A stretch of DNA of 37,804 nt, from sequence record SRR20825019_659; one strand, 5' to 3'. Below, one piece after another: positions 37,688-37,804 of the stretch. The translations under genes were made by a program, and so were the position numbers. The notes under the pieces were generated by a model. That model ran no database searches. It saw nothing but the letters and a program-made list of their open reading frames with translations, and had not been told where the DNA came from. Within the stretch, counting starts at the first letter, position 1. The number at the start of each line of letters is the position of its first letter.

Positions 37688-37804
37688 TCACCCGGAATCG
37701 CTCGAACCGCCTAGATGTGGAGCCTCAAGAGGTTATCCCGGTCAAGACCGAGGCTACTGATGGGTGTTTTTGAATTTATACCGGCATGCGGACGGTGCCA
37801 ATTG

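Noticed and set aside
1-37804. CRISPR array, tRNA, rRNA, integrase or defence genes
   Set aside because: No regularly spaced repeats, RNA gene signatures or matching protein motifs were seen by eye.

Overview
Accessory region (island- or plasmid-like) of a GC-rich alphaproteobacterium, Rhizobiales-like by gene content (ALA synthase HemA, alpha-type Zur) and CTTGAC-N17-CTATAT-type promoters. Left to right: (1) end of a sugar-ABC / GMC oxidoreductase / guanine deaminase operon; (2) LysR + NmrA pair; (3) an IS110-family element whose transposase has an internal deletion, but whose 3' non-coding end contains matches to its own predicted circle junction, as expected of a bridge RNA; (4) LysR, L,D-transpeptidase and a broken DsbA-like gene; (5) a ~10 kb zinc-starvation island with three Zur boxes, its own zur, two COG0523 GTPases, an Azt/Znu-like ABC importer with an unannotated small membrane ORF, and a luciferase-like monooxygenase + siderophore-type ABC operon (best candidate for an undescribed system: zinc-chelate import with oxidative metal release); (6) a frameshifted diguanylate cyclase; (7) a MocR-nitrilase-cydAB(cio)-DUF2474 operon divergent from hemA (cyanide/nitrile-resistant respiration); (8) a CSS-EAL phosphodiesterase; (9) a NemR/MDR/Hsp31 electrophile-detoxification module; (10) an SmtB-type repressor with a 28-His metal-binding protein. 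Two diverged, inverted copies of an MFS + His-rich cassette bracket about 24 kb. No rRNA, tRNA or CRISPR array was seen. All family calls come from motif recognition by eye, not from database searches.
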